A DNA stretch of 37,273 nucleotides from Macrostomum lignano. Its lineage: Eukaryota. Within the stretch, counting starts at the first letter, position 1, and every line of letters starts with the position of its first letter. The notes under the pieces were generated by a model that saw only the letters and a program-made list of their open reading frames with translations, did not search any database and was not told the origin of the DNA. Both the position numbers and the translations under genes were made by a program. Shown here piece by piece: positions 1 to 16,899 of the stretch. The stretch spans positions 1 through 37,273 of the forward strand of contig NIVC01003452.1 in NCBI GenBank assembly GCA_002269645.1, in the 5' to 3' direction.

Positions 1-180
1 CTCTAACATTTCACCAAAATCATCAAATTAATTTTGCTACGCTCGTATAAATTTCATCCCTTTGTAAGTCAGAATGGGACACCTGGTATCGCTCTGTATT
101 GGTCACGAGTTCGAATCTACATGCCTGACGATGGGAACATTTTAAATAACAAACCAACTCGTTTTGTCATTCTGTTCCAG

Positions 181-693
181 AAATTCTACGAGACATCCTC
201 CTAGAAGCAACTCCACCAAAGTGCAATCCGCTTCAAGCCTGCCGGACTCGTCAGCGGAAATCCTGGGCGACATTCAGCGCGGGGCGCCGGTGCAGAGGCA
301 CAATTCGTCCAAGTTCTGCACACCGCCTCAGGCGTTTGCGCCAAACAGATTCCCGAATTATGCGCTGGGCGGCCCTGGCTACCTCATATCGGACGCAGCC
401 GCCACAGCTCTGACCGAGCAGCTGATCGAGTGGCGCCGTTCTGGCTTGAAGACGTGTACATCACTGGCATTCTGGCGGCCGCCTCCCGCCCGCCAGTCAG
501 ACGAGCCCAGTTGAGTCACATTTACTACGCGGCAGTTCCCGCTGCCTTGCTCCGCGCCAACGCATTGGCCTCGCCTCCATTAGGTAGTCACAGACTGTCC
601 GCTGGACAAGTGCAGCGGCTGGACAGCTGGCTACGCGAGCCTAAGGCTGTGGAGAATGCTAAGAGACTTCACAGGATTCACACGCTGACGTGA
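181..693 (+). CDS. Terminal exon of a glycosyltransferase family 31 (beta-1,3-galactosyltransferase-like) gene, with a -1 frameshift at ~430
   Basis: Acceptor TTCTGTTCCAG ends at 180. Frame of ORF 164..514 reads ILGDIQRGAPVQRHNSSKFCTPPQAFAPNRFPNYALGGPGYLIS, matching the GT31 pattern (P.R...SK....yP.Y..G.GY..S). Frame of ORF 430..693 continues APFWLEDVYITGILA, the GT31 EDVY.TG motif. Stop TGA 691-693 overlaps AATAAA 693-698. Confidence 0.85.
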
Positions 694-3600
694 ATAAAGA
701 CATTCATGCCAATCCCCTCTGACCCGTCATTCGTAACAATCCATCATGAAGGCATTGGCAACTTTTGGATGGCTTTTTCATTCTACAGGTGCTTCGGTTG
801 TTTTATTGTTCTCTGGTTCTCTGATTCTCTGGTTTTCTCGTCTTCTGGTTCTCTCGCTCTCGAGTGTGTCCTGTCTTGACACTTTATATGGTTTATACTA
901 ATACTAGTGAAACTAATCTTTTTGGGAAAAATAGCTCAATACATTTATGACTGGTTACCCTCTTGGTTTCAGCCTTACTAACCAACCCTAGAAGTCCCGG
1001 AGCATCCGCACACTTTAAAAAAGCAGAGGTTCCAACCAACGCCAACCAAGAGACAGGGGCGTAGCTGCCTTAGGAGATTAGGGATTTGAGGCGCCCACCA
1101 AGTCACCAAACATTGTTCCAGTAAGAATTTCTATTTCTAGGAAATAGAAAGTTGTAAAATGAAAATAAACCTACATTGTGATGATCTGTGTCGTCCTTCC
1201 TATTATATTACCTGTGCCCTCATTTTTCATGTCAGCGTACTGCCTGTGTAATGATATTTTATCGATTAAACAAATAAATGTTTGGTAAGTAATACTATTA
1301 TTATTAATTTTACCTATGAATTGCAAGCCATGATGCGCTAAAAAACAAATCTAAGACTATTATAAAAGTTTATTTCTAACAATAAGCAATCAAAATGAAC
1401 CAGATTTTTACAATTTTTATAAACAGTGTTCAGTTTCTAAATTATTTCAAATTGGGATTTGATGCTTTCCTTTTCGCTTTCGACACAGTCACACTGCACT
1501 TCCGAAAATTCTGAAGTTTTAAATTCCAAATGATGCAGAGATGTGTCCGAGGTGCACTCAAATTTATAAAAAAAAACTACTGGAGACGAAAGCCAGCCGT
1601 ATTCAATAATGTGTTTTTTTCTTTTTTTGTTTGTTAAACTTGCTTCATATGTAACTCATACATAGTGCATAGCTTCATACATAGTGCATATCAGGATCAG
1701 CTTATGCAAGATCCGACTACACAAAGTTTGATTTTATGATCTCATTCTCATTTATATACGTCGTAGTTTAGCGATCTCGCTATTAAACAGCTGTTTTTGT
1801 CGCAATACCTGAAGCCTCCATATCAGAAATTAATTTAATCGAAGCAAGCAAAATGAAAATGAAACCAATTGTCATTGAGCGGATTGAAGGATCTTTTATG
1901 AAGGATCCCGTCTCATCTCACATTGCATGTGCGACACAAATTCTAAATTTGCCAATTAAACTGCGTTACAGCTGACGGAGCACACACTCGTACGTGTTCA
2001 AGTTATAAAAAATGCGGCAGAAAGCAAACACCCTTCTACGAGTATGCTAATATAGAATATTAATTTTGCTTTTGGTGCAGAATAAACTTATTACATGCAT
2101 TCTTCGTAATGGAAATTTTATGCATGTGCAAATAAGAACGTGAGTGCACTTGCATTCTCACGTATCGCCATGCAGACTCATAAGGAATTAGAAACGATTA
2201 ATGTCTTTATATTTATATATAAATTTTGACGAAAAAGGGGTTGGGATAAAAGTCACAATTGTACATTAGATGGACAGTAGAACTACCAAGAGGGGGGGGG
2301 GTTTGCAGACAATTTTTTGCTACGCCGGAACGGAGCAACGCAGGCACACAAAATTCAAGAATACGGGCCGACTTTTTGTTGCACACCTTCTCAAACAAGA
2401 ATCAAGTCGCCAGCCCTCCGGACCGTCGAGATATTCGACGATTCTGTCAGAAGGTCGGATTTTTTCCCATAAGCGCCAGTGTATTCAATGCACCCCTGTG
2501 CGCCAATCAGCACTGCACCTCAGTGCAGCCTTGCCAAGTCCCCAAATTTCATCAGCACGTCGACCACATGTGTCTGCATCAGCTCTGACTTTGTTGGTCA
2601 CTGGCCTTCACACAGGCGGAGCTTCTGGACCTTCAACAGGTGGCACCAGGTGACTATGGACACCCTGATGCGAATTTCTCTAGTCAACACTTCAGAGTCA
2701 ACACCGACGCCGAACCAAAAAGTCAAGAAGCTACTAAAGGAGCGGCTCCAGTAAGAGTTATTTGATCTTAAATATACCTAGGCACTTGTTCCCCAGTGTC
2801 TAGAAGTGAGGGAGTTTTTAGTGACTCTTCAACTCTTCAACTGGTGATCTCGCCCAGGCTAGATCGCTGAAAGCACTTTGACACAAAATTCATTGCGCAA
2901 ATTTTACTCAACTTTTCCTACTACCAAATTGGCATTGTTTGCATACAGACCCTTTGATCCTTTGCATACAGTTTGATACTTTGGATGGGTTTCGGCCTTT
3001 TCGGCCCCTTTCGGGAAGCCTTCGGGCCTCAGGTCTCAGAAATAAATCAATTAGAGTCCTGGCCCCCCACTCCTGTCAGATGGTCAGCCCCATGGTAGCT
3101 TGATCGTGTGGCGAGCAGTCCAGGTCCTATAGCTAAGAGAGGGACAGCGAGAGACAAGCAGGGAGAATTTCGAAGGTAGAGATGAGCCAATCCACAGATT
3201 AGCTAACCCGCTGCCACCAGTCCGTGCGTTCTGGCTCACCAAACCGGAACTTTCAAAATCGGGCTTCCGACTAGAGGGGGCTTAGCACTTACCTGCCAAC
3301 TAGTGTCGTTTTGCTGTCAATCTCGAAGTCATAGCCGATGATAAGGGACACTGCTGGGACTTGATCGCATTGGCCATGCAGGTACAGAGGGGACTTGTGC
3401 AGAGGATTCTTGCAGTGGCGAGACTATATATGGTATAGAGCTGCATGTACTATATTACATTGCTAAATACGAGGAATTGTACTTTTGGCCTTCAACGCGC
3501 CAAAATGCCTCCGGATGCCTCCGGAAATGAAGGCATCCGGAAAATGCCTCCGGAAAATTTACTCATCTACATGTAGATATCTCTGTGTCATCAGTAATGG

Positions 3601-6451
3601 CTTTGTCGTCGTGGCAACGTGTAAAAATTAATTAATGGAAGAATGATGCGAGATAAAATTAAGAGTCATTATTCAAGAGTATATTATTCAATAGATGTGA
3701 TATTCGTTACATTCGTCACATTCGTTACACGTAGTTATTCTGCACTGTAGAGTGTAAGACAAATTACCAACCTCTTCGAAAAACTTAACTCTCTCGTGTT
3801 GGATCTGCAATTCGGCTCTGCTAGAAATGCGCTACTATAAGTAACAAAGAATGAAACGTCAAACTTTAAAATTAGGAGCAAGAGAGCAAATCTGGATAAG
3901 TTTAGGCTTAATCCGTTTTAAAAAAGTAGACTTGTGGTCATTGTGGACCAGGAAATCAAGCATCTGTAGACCGTCGATTGCTTTCCAAACCTGAAGCTCT
4001 TGGCAGCTGGAGTATCGCGTCCTTAGAGAGGGAGAGATTTGTTTAAATCATCTGATACCTCTGGGAAAGTCGGTTGGTTGCACTTGAAGTGCGTTGTTTC
4101 ACATCAATGAAATATTATAGCCAACAACAATGAAATAGTAGCCTATGACTATATTATTTCATTGATCAATAAATAACAGTACAGAAATACGAAAGCCAAG
4201 TACTTACCACCAACTTTAAACTACCGTCTTGATTTTCATGCAGGACCCGAATCCTAATTCGGGTTACAATTACAAATTAACATAAAATTTAGTCTAATCT
4301 GGAATCTAGATTTGTTTAAGTTTTATCTCAAAATTTTCGCATGGAATTGAAAATGCCAAAAATGAATAAATTAGGCCTATAAAAAACAGAAGTCACATTT
4401 GTCCAGATGTAGTCCTTGTAGGGAAACAATGAAAAAACTTGTAAATTTGTATTAAGTATGAAATTAATTTTTAAGTAGTAAATCAGTAAGCTAATTGTTA
4501 AGTTTTATGTCAGGACTAAAGTCCTTGATAAGCTTAGGCCTATTTTTTTCAAGTTAAAGACTAAATTTTGTAAAAATATTAATACAATAGCCAATTATAG
4601 GGCCTAGTCCTCATAAAAATAGGCCCATAATGAAACCCAACTAGAACCTAGAACCAAGGCCTAAATATATTAATATAATAGAAAACAAAAATATTGCTAA
4701 ATGGCTAAAAGACAAGTCCATAAAAAGTGACTTATATTTATAAAATAGTTTAAAGTAGGGCCTAAGACATAGACCTAGCTGATGTTTATTTAGCTAGCAG
4801 CCAGTAAAATATATTGCAGTTTTATTTTTTATAGTTAGGCCCTAGGCCTATCTTTAATTTTCATTTGAATTTATGCCAATGCCAATGCCAAATATTAATA
4901 AGGCAATATAAGTGATGATACTATAGTATAGCCTAATATAATATTGTCTAAAGTATAACTAAAAGTTCTTTACTTTATGACCTAGGCCCTATGCTTAAAA
5001 GGAAAATCAATGCTTATCACAAAAATTATATTATAGGTTTTCTATGTCTCAAATAGGTATATTTAATAAATGCTAAGTGGAAAGATAGGCCAAGCAATAA
5101 ATATTTTTTTATCAATTGCTAAAGTTTAGATTGTATATTAATGTATGTTAGGTTTAATAATAGAAAAAATGACAAGACCTCATTTGTATGCCAGGCAGTG
5201 TTGCCACCATTGTGATTTTTTATTGCTCAGCAATTTTTAATTGCTTAGCGATAATTTCATCTATTTTGCTCATTTCTTGCAATTTTTTGTGGATACCAAT
5301 CCTTTCAACTTTTTTCAAGTATGGTGTTTTATTTTGTGCTCAATTTAAGTTTCATGAATGTCATCAATATAGCGTGAGGCTGTGCAAGCCTCCAGTTTTG
5401 AAGCTCGGCAAAAGAAGATTAAGCATGCTGTGGTCAAGCGAGCACTGAAGAAAGCTGCTAATGAAACGGCTTGGCGAAAGAGACAGCCAGAGTTTGGCAT
5501 TCAATCTGTCCTGCCAAAGGTTCCAAAGAAAAAATGAACATCCACTGAAGAGCCTGCAGTTTTGCCTGACTAATGTTTGACTAGCCAAACAAAGATTCAC
5601 ATAAAAGTATTTCTTCCCCAACAGTAACCGACATTGATTAACAATTAAAATATTAAAAGAATTCATTTCAGCTATATAGAATTGAAAACAGATTCAGACA
5701 ACTGGAATATAGCACAAAATTTAGTTGTAAAATTGTTATTACTCATCAGTGGTCGTAGGTAGCATCTTGTGTTTTAGTTGGTTGCTCGGGTTGGTTCCAT
5801 AATGAGCATCAATAATCTATATTATACACTCAGCAACAGTCAAAACTGCCACCTTACTGAGAGGCGACTTCTCTCTCACCTCAACTGCAAGTGACGTAAC
5901 TTGCGCCACGGCTTGGATATATCCTAGGCCCCTTAATGTAGGCCTATGCTGAAAAATGGTAAGACCTTTGTTGTATGCTGGGAGATCTTAGTATACATGT
6001 TGCCTTTCAAACTATGAATCAATTGTAATTATTCTAAATATAAAAGCATTCTAAAATTCTAAAGTAGGCCCCTATATTTTACCTCTAACCAAAATGGCTA
6101 AGCCTAAATTTCTAGGTAACTAGTCATTTTGCCTATAAACAGTTTTGGCAATGGACATTTTGCCCCAAGACCATTTCGCCTATAGAATGTTTTGCCCATA
6201 GACCATTTTGGCTATAGACCATTTCTAAACTTTACAGTCTTAAACTATGTGCTTTGATTCTCAATTTTGGTGACAAATCTTATTCTTTTAGTATTTCTTG
6301 TTTTAACTTGCTGTAATTGAAACCCTTTCTTACCCTTTGATTGTTTAAATTGGCTTTTAATTGTCACACTTTCAAAAGGAATGACTTTTTAAAAACTCTT
6401 AATAATTCACAATTGTAATAAAATTGCAATAACACAATTGTTGTAGCAAAG

Positions 6452-6525
6452 GGGGCCATAGCCTAGCGGTAGCGCAGCTGCTCTGGTGTACCAGCGACCC
6501 AGGCTCGATTCCAAGTGCAGTCACA
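6452..6525 (+). mobile_element. tRNA-derived SINE head or degenerate tRNA-like Pol III unit
   Basis: A-box-like TAGCCTAGCGGT (6459-6470) and B-box-like GGCTCGATTCC (6502-6512) at tRNA spacing. A full cloverleaf with paired acceptor stem could not be drawn. Confidence 0.5.
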
Positions 6526-7809
6526 TTAATTTGGGGCTAAATTGGAATCTTTGCTCATGCAATTAACAGCCTTGAGAGCCAACCCCCCAAGGCACAGTGA
6601 AGTGTATATGCCTAACGATAAAATAAAGTTAAGGCTGCTGTATACTCCTGTCATACATGCCCAACCTCAAAGTTTTTCCCATCTACTGCGACTTAGTTTT
6701 GTCCAGATTTGCGACTTACCTATGCGCCACCACACTGAAAGACCGGGAGGGGGGGGGGTAGCATGCGTTGCGTGCTTGTGTTTATTGAAAAATGGAAGTA
6801 CCTCATTTCTCTTCTCTTTTCCTACCTTCACTCTCTTTCCCGATTGATTTATCATTCACTTATTCACTTATGCAGTACTAAACTGCACTGTAGCCTGTAC
6901 CCTGTAGGCTATACTCCCTATATACTGTACTGTGTGTCTGGCAAACTAACTTGTATATATATACACTCATGCACTCATATACCAGGTATATATATAGGTG
7001 TAGATTCTTGAGTCATTATATACTTCACTTAAAGATAGACCTGCACCTGACTATGTATTGAATCTTGCACATGAATGGGATGAAAATGGCCATGAAGACT
7101 ACTCCATCAACTAGTGTCCCCTTTCTGCAGCTGAAGAGCGAAAGCCATTGCTCTTTACACGATGGAAACTTGGTCATGTAACTCCTGGAGAAGTTAATGA
7201 TTGTTGTGGTGCGCATTGGATATTAGAAGAAAATTTACCAGCAATCTTAAGTGCAGCCTGGGGATCAGGTGATGGTGCAGCTGCAGCACATTCAAGGGAA
7301 CTAGAAGCACCACCATCCCAATGTTCAGCAAGCTCACACAAAGAGGGACTGTTAATGGCAGTGCAAAATCCAGAGGTTGTTGCTTTTAATAAAGATCTAT
7401 CTATGCAGAATGCAAAAAATTGAAATTCATGGTGCAGATGCAACGACATTACTCTTCTTGAGTTATGTCAGCTGAAAAAGAAGCTGTTTTTGAAATAAAG
7501 AAGAAACTAGAAGTCTTGAGACAGAATTTTTACGACGGTGCAATGCTCATGCTGAATCTATTGCTATAGAATCTTGACCATCAACTGATGCTGGTACTGA
7601 AGCGCGGATCCAACCACAACACAGCCATTCATTTGGACTCAGATTCGGAGACTGAGACTGATGGCCAAAGAAGTGAGAGTCCTCCGAGAAAAAATATATT
7701 TGTAGTTTATCAAAAGGGATTTTGATGAAGTTCAGTCTCATAAAGAGATTTTGATAGAGTTCATTTTTACGGAGAGGATTTCGATGGATTTGACACATTA
7801 AATGAGTCA

Positions 7810-8530
7810 GAGAAGAGAAAGTATAGAGAAAAGTGAACAAATAGAAGAGAGATGATAGAAAAGAGAGTAGATATGAGAGAGGACAGATTAGAGATGACAG
7901 ATGGGAGAGAAAAGGGGAGTAAGGTAGGAATGAAGTGGGAGAGAGAAGAGAAGAGGAGAGAGGAGATGAGAGGGAAGTTATGAGATAGCAGAGAGGAGAC
8001 AGGAGAGATGAGAGAAGAAAGGAGGGATAAGAGCATACAGCTGGAATAAAAGAGAGGAGAGAGATGAAAGATCAGAAATGAGAGAGTTAAGAGAAGAAAG
8101 TAGTGAGGAGAAAGAAAGAGGGTAAAGGTAAGAGTGCAGAGAGGACAGATGAAAGATGCGATGAGAAAAGATATGATTGAGAAAATAAGAGAGTAGAGAT
8201 TAGAGAAGAGAAGAGACAAAGGGGAGAAGATAGAATCGAGATGGTAGAAAGGAAGCAAGAAAGATGGGAGATAAGAAAGGAGAGGGTATAGGAGATATGA
8301 TAAACAAGAGCAGAGAGGAGAGAGAAAAGAGAAGAGAGAGGGTATAGGAGAGACAATAGATAAGTGAGTAGAGATGAGATATGAGAGAGGAAAGAAGAGG
8401 GGAGAAATAAGAGAGAAGAGAGGAGACAGGAGAGGGTACAGACGAAACACGAGGGAGAAGAGATAAATAAAGAGGTAGAGAGGAGGAGGGAGAAGAGAGT
8501 AACGGCGAGAATACAGAGAGGAGACATGAG
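7810..8530. repeat. AG-rich low-complexity tract
   Basis: Purine-rich (GA/AG) degenerate simple repeat; source of the Leu/Ser-rich minus-strand pseudo-ORFs. Confidence 0.9.
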
Positions 8531-8643
8531 AGTCTGAGTCTGGACAATGGAAGTCAGTTTTTGCAAACAGGGAAAACAAGATATGGTATTTGAAAGGCTT
8601 TACAGAGGATTTTAAGACGATTTAGAATATGGGATTCAAGACA

Positions 8644-8817
8644 ACTTAGTTTCTCTCGATTGCAACTTAGTTCCTCTCGATTGCAACTTAGTTCCTCTCA
8701 ATTGCAACTTAGTTCCTCTCGATTGCAACTTAGTTCCTCCCGATTGCGACTTAGTTCCTCCCGATTGCAACTTAGTTCCTCCCGATTGCGACTTAGTTCC
8801 TCCCAATTGCGACTTAA
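8644..8817. repeat. 21-bp minisatellite (GATTGCAACTTAGTTCCTCTC), ~8 copies, followed by a TC-rich tract to ~8950
   Basis: Unit read directly. Confidence 0.92.
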
Positions 8818-10349
8818 TTTTCACTTTGTATATGACTTTTCTTGCCTTTTTCTCTTTTCTTTTCTTTCTCTTTCTTTCTCCTCTTTCCCCCCTCTCTCTC
8901 TTCTCCCTCCTTTCTTTTCCTTTTCTCTTCCTCTCCTTTCTTTCTTCTCCCAATTTTTTCGTTTTTTGCATTTTCGATATTGCGACTTACCTTGGCCAGC
9001 AGCCATTTCACCTGTCCAGTTCGGATGGGTCGGACGGGTGTTGGGCATGTATGACTCCTGTGTGAGTGTGTGCCTGTGCGTATGACTGTGTACGTATCCA
9101 CACGCGTGTATGCCTGCTCAAGGGAGTCGGCAGAATGGGCAGTAATGCCTCTTGCCAGTTATGTGCCTATGTCACTTAAAGTGTGCCAGGGTGCACACAA
9201 CCCCCTTGCCTCTAATAAAAAAATTGTTGTAGCAACAATTCAGATCATATTTTTTACACAATAAAACTATAAACTAGCATTGAAAAAGTAAATAAAGATA
9301 CAATATAGCTATATCTCAAAATTATATAATTACCATTTTGGCTGAAATTCCTATAGCCAAACTGGTTTATAGACAAAACAGACTATGGGCAAAATGGTTT
9401 GGGAGTAAAACAACCAGAATTCAATGTCTATCTAGGCCAACTTCAATAGTGCCATCAGATGAAATACTTCTAATATATGAAATTTAAACTATTTAAACAA
9501 ATTATATTTATTTAGTTAAACAAATATATTAAGCTATAGTTAAACAAACCAATATATTGCATATATATTAGTCAAAAATATAGTTTATTTGACTAATAGT
9601 AGGATAAGAGTACTAGCTAGGTATTAACAAACTTGTTTAACCAATGGTAGCAAAATAGGCAATACTATTAGACTTATTTATATGTTCTGCCATTTTATTT
9701 CTGTATATTATATTTGTTCATATAGCTAAAAATCCTTATTGTGGCCTAGGGTCAAATGATGCCAAATAATTCTTTAAATATGTTAGGCTAAACCAAATAT
9801 AGCCCATTTGCCAAACAAAGCTATGTCTAGCCTTACTTTTCTTTGCTGCAGGCAAACCAGCTTTAGCATGCTGGTATGCCAATCATTTTTTGAATTAAAA
9901 AAATCCCTTGGCCATAATAGGGGCCATAATGACTACTAGATTATTGCCAAAGTAATTGGTAGTAGTTATTTTTTAGCTTTTGGACTCTTTAAGGTATTTT
10001 TTAATTTTAATATTATAAAATTTTAAGGTTCTAGATATCTTTAAAAATCATTTTAAAATAGCTTTTAGAATAATTGACCACATTGAATCCTTATTAATTA
10101 TGCTGCAATACTAAAATCCTTCTTAACTGATATTTAGCCAAATATGACGTTTATTTCTTAAAATGATGTCATTAGATTTGAACATTTTTTTAATAAGACT
10201 ATGCATGCTGATCCTTTTTGAAGTAGCAAAAAGTGCTTGACAATAACTAACTTGCTTCATGCCACTTATTGCTACTTGAGTTCTGCAGCATAAATTATCT
10301 ATATTATCTAAATTTAGCTAGTTGAGGTTAAAGCTCGCCTACAGAGCTA

Positions 10350-14621
<4,272 letters not shown>

Positions 14622-14819
14622 AGTGAGGCCTAGATGGTACGGCACGACCAATTTCCTGTGACTTTCAGAACTGTGTAACATTTCAATTTGATTAATTTGA
14701 TGTCTAATATTTGAATTCTTTGTATTGTTGCGTTTTACCTGTGTATCCTGTTTTGATTGGGAGTGTATTATAGTTGCTGGACTATGGATTGACAGCTGTT
14801 GAACGGCTAGAAGTGAGTA

Positions 14820-15150
14820 GGGAGGGGCGGAAGAGAGGAGGGAGAAGGCAGAAGAGAGGAGGAAGAGGGCGCAAGAGAGGAGGGAGAGGGCGGAAAAGAG
14901 GCGGAAGAGGGCGGAAGAGAGGAGGGAGAAGGCAGAAGAGAGGAGGAAGAGGGTGCAAGAGAGGAGGGAGAGGGCGGAAAAGAGGCGGAAGAGGGCGGAA
15001 GAGAGGAGGGAGCGGGCGGAAGAGAGGAGGGAGAGGGCGGAAAAGAGGCGGAAGAGAGGAGGGAGAGGGCGGAAAAGAGGCGGAAGAGAGGAGGGAGAGG
15101 GCGGAAGAGAGGTGGGAGAGGGCGGAAGAGAAGAGGTAGAGGGCGGAAAA
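14820..15150. repeat. GA-rich ~21-bp tandem repeat downstream of the BTBD10 stop
   Basis: Unit approximately GGAAGAGAGGAGGGAGAGGGC. Confidence 0.88.
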
Positions 15151-16009
15151 GATGGGATAGGGCTGTATCAGCAGGGGATTAAGAAGAAAAATGATGATGG
15201 AGAAATCCTAGAGATATGAATATATAAAACACGGATCTCTATGGCCGGAATATGTCTGTTTGATGTCTGTCTGTTTTGCTCTGCTTGACGTCTTGCTTCT
15301 TTAAATTGCAGAAGATCCGAAAATTATTTGTTTATATCCACAATAAGTACTGTGAGTTAGCAAGAGGCAGTTTAACAATCCCTCTTGCAACCATATTTGC
15401 TTTAAACATTTATTCAGAACTGTGTTTTGCTTTCCTTTGCTGTATTTGAAATCAATATGTTTTTTGTTCTTTCATTTTTTAATGCCTAAAAGATTAAGGC
15501 ATTGTAACTCAACTTATACTACTTACCTGCTCGAGTAGCACAGTCGCGTTTGAGCTGCTCTCTGAGCAATACGTATTGAGCACCTAATTGAGATTATTTT
15601 TACTTTCCACCGCTAGCTGGTTTGGTGTCCCGCGAATACTACTCATACTAGTCTGCCGAGCCTATGCTAGCTATTTTTGCTTTTCTCTAAACATTCACTA
15701 AAGTATATATATCGGTCTTCAATGACGGATTACATAGAAATATATTGTTGTACTGTAGATATGGCATGTCTGGCACCTGTGCACCGGCCGTAACTGCGTA
15801 TCCGCATATGCTGACACGTATGTTTTCACTTGTGAATATTCTTTTTTCTGCTACTTATTAAATTCAGTGTTTTAGCCCCGCCCAACTGCCAACTAAATTG
15901 CACTCTTCATTTCATACTCGCTGCTGTCAGTTTCGGGACATTTGTACTTTATTTTGTTTGCTTCTGCTTGCATTGCCAGCTCCATGCTGCATCATGCTTT
16001 TCCTGTCTT

Positions 16010-16081
16010 GTTTGTGTTGCCTGCCTGTCTGTCTGTCTGCCTGGCTGTCTGCCTGTCTGTCTGTCTGCCTGTCTGTCTGGC

Positions 16082-16126
<45 letters not shown>

Positions 16127-16205
16127 TAGTGTCTGTCTGTCTGTCTGTCTGTCTGCCTGCCTGTCTGTCTGTCTGTCTGTCTGTCTGTCTGCCTGTCTGT
16201 CTGGC

Positions 16206-16242
<37 letters not shown>

Positions 16243-16313
16243 TTCTGTCTGTCTGTCTTAGTGTCTGTCTGTCTGTCTGTCTGTCTGCCTGCCTGCCTGT
16301 CTGTCTTAGTGGG

Positions 16314-16350
<37 letters not shown>

Positions 16351-16353
16351 TAG

Positions 16354-16414
<61 letters not shown>

Positions 16415-16441
16415 GCCTGTCTTAGTGTCTGTCTGTCTTAG

Positions 16442-16482
<41 letters not shown>

Positions 16483-16510
16483 GTCTGTCTCTCTGTCTCT
16501 CTGTCTGTCC
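16010..16510. repeat. (TCTG)n microsatellite
   Basis: Imperfect tetranucleotide repeat with CTTAGT interruptions. Confidence 0.96.
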
Positions 16511-16899
16511 GTGCGCATGTCTGCCTTCGGTGTCACGCGGCCCAGTCTAATAAAGGTACATTTACAGCCCATGATACGCAGGTGCCGGGGTCAAGTCCCA
16601 ATCAGTGGACTCACACAAGATGTCGCACAGTAAAGTACTTGTAATCAGTTTTACTGAGGATTATGAGCTATTATTTGCAAGAGCGGCACCCAGGGATGCC
16701 AGCCTTTATATATTTTCTGAGCAAAATACACATTTTAACGTGTGCATATGCAGTCCGCTTACGAGCAGAAATGGCCGAAAATCTTGTATGACTTCCTGAC
16801 TTAGTTCTTACTGACAAAAAGCAGACATTTGTAATTGTTAGTACGGATGGCCTGTCATTATCTTCTGTCTCATCAATTGCTCTTTAACGCGACTCAGAT

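Larger units (their letters stand above)
6115..9422. mobile_element. Putative decayed DNA transposon bounded by inverted arrays of a ~16-bp subterminal repeat
   Basis: Left end 6120-6225 has ~7 copies of AGACCATTTTGCCTAT-like units. Right end 9350-9420 has the same unit reverse-complemented (TATGGGCAAAATGGTTT; TATAGCCAAACTGGTTT). A stop-interrupted reading frame lies inside at ~7025-7810. Confidence 0.45.

Noticed and set aside
2213-2754. Overlapping ORFs at 2213-2754
   Set aside because: No recognisable motif in any frame; minus-strand frames are interrupted by stops. Possibly TE debris, but unsupported.
5188-5666. Possible decayed transposase (minus frame with ILMTFMKLKL, or RYIDDI)
   Set aside because: Only fleeting resemblance to Harbinger HTH or RT YxDD motifs; surrounding residues do not fit and there are many stops.
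7767-9101. Long Leu/Ser-rich 'membrane protein' and Lys/Arg/Glu-rich ORFs
   Set aside because: Translations of AG/TC low-complexity DNA and a 21-bp repeat.
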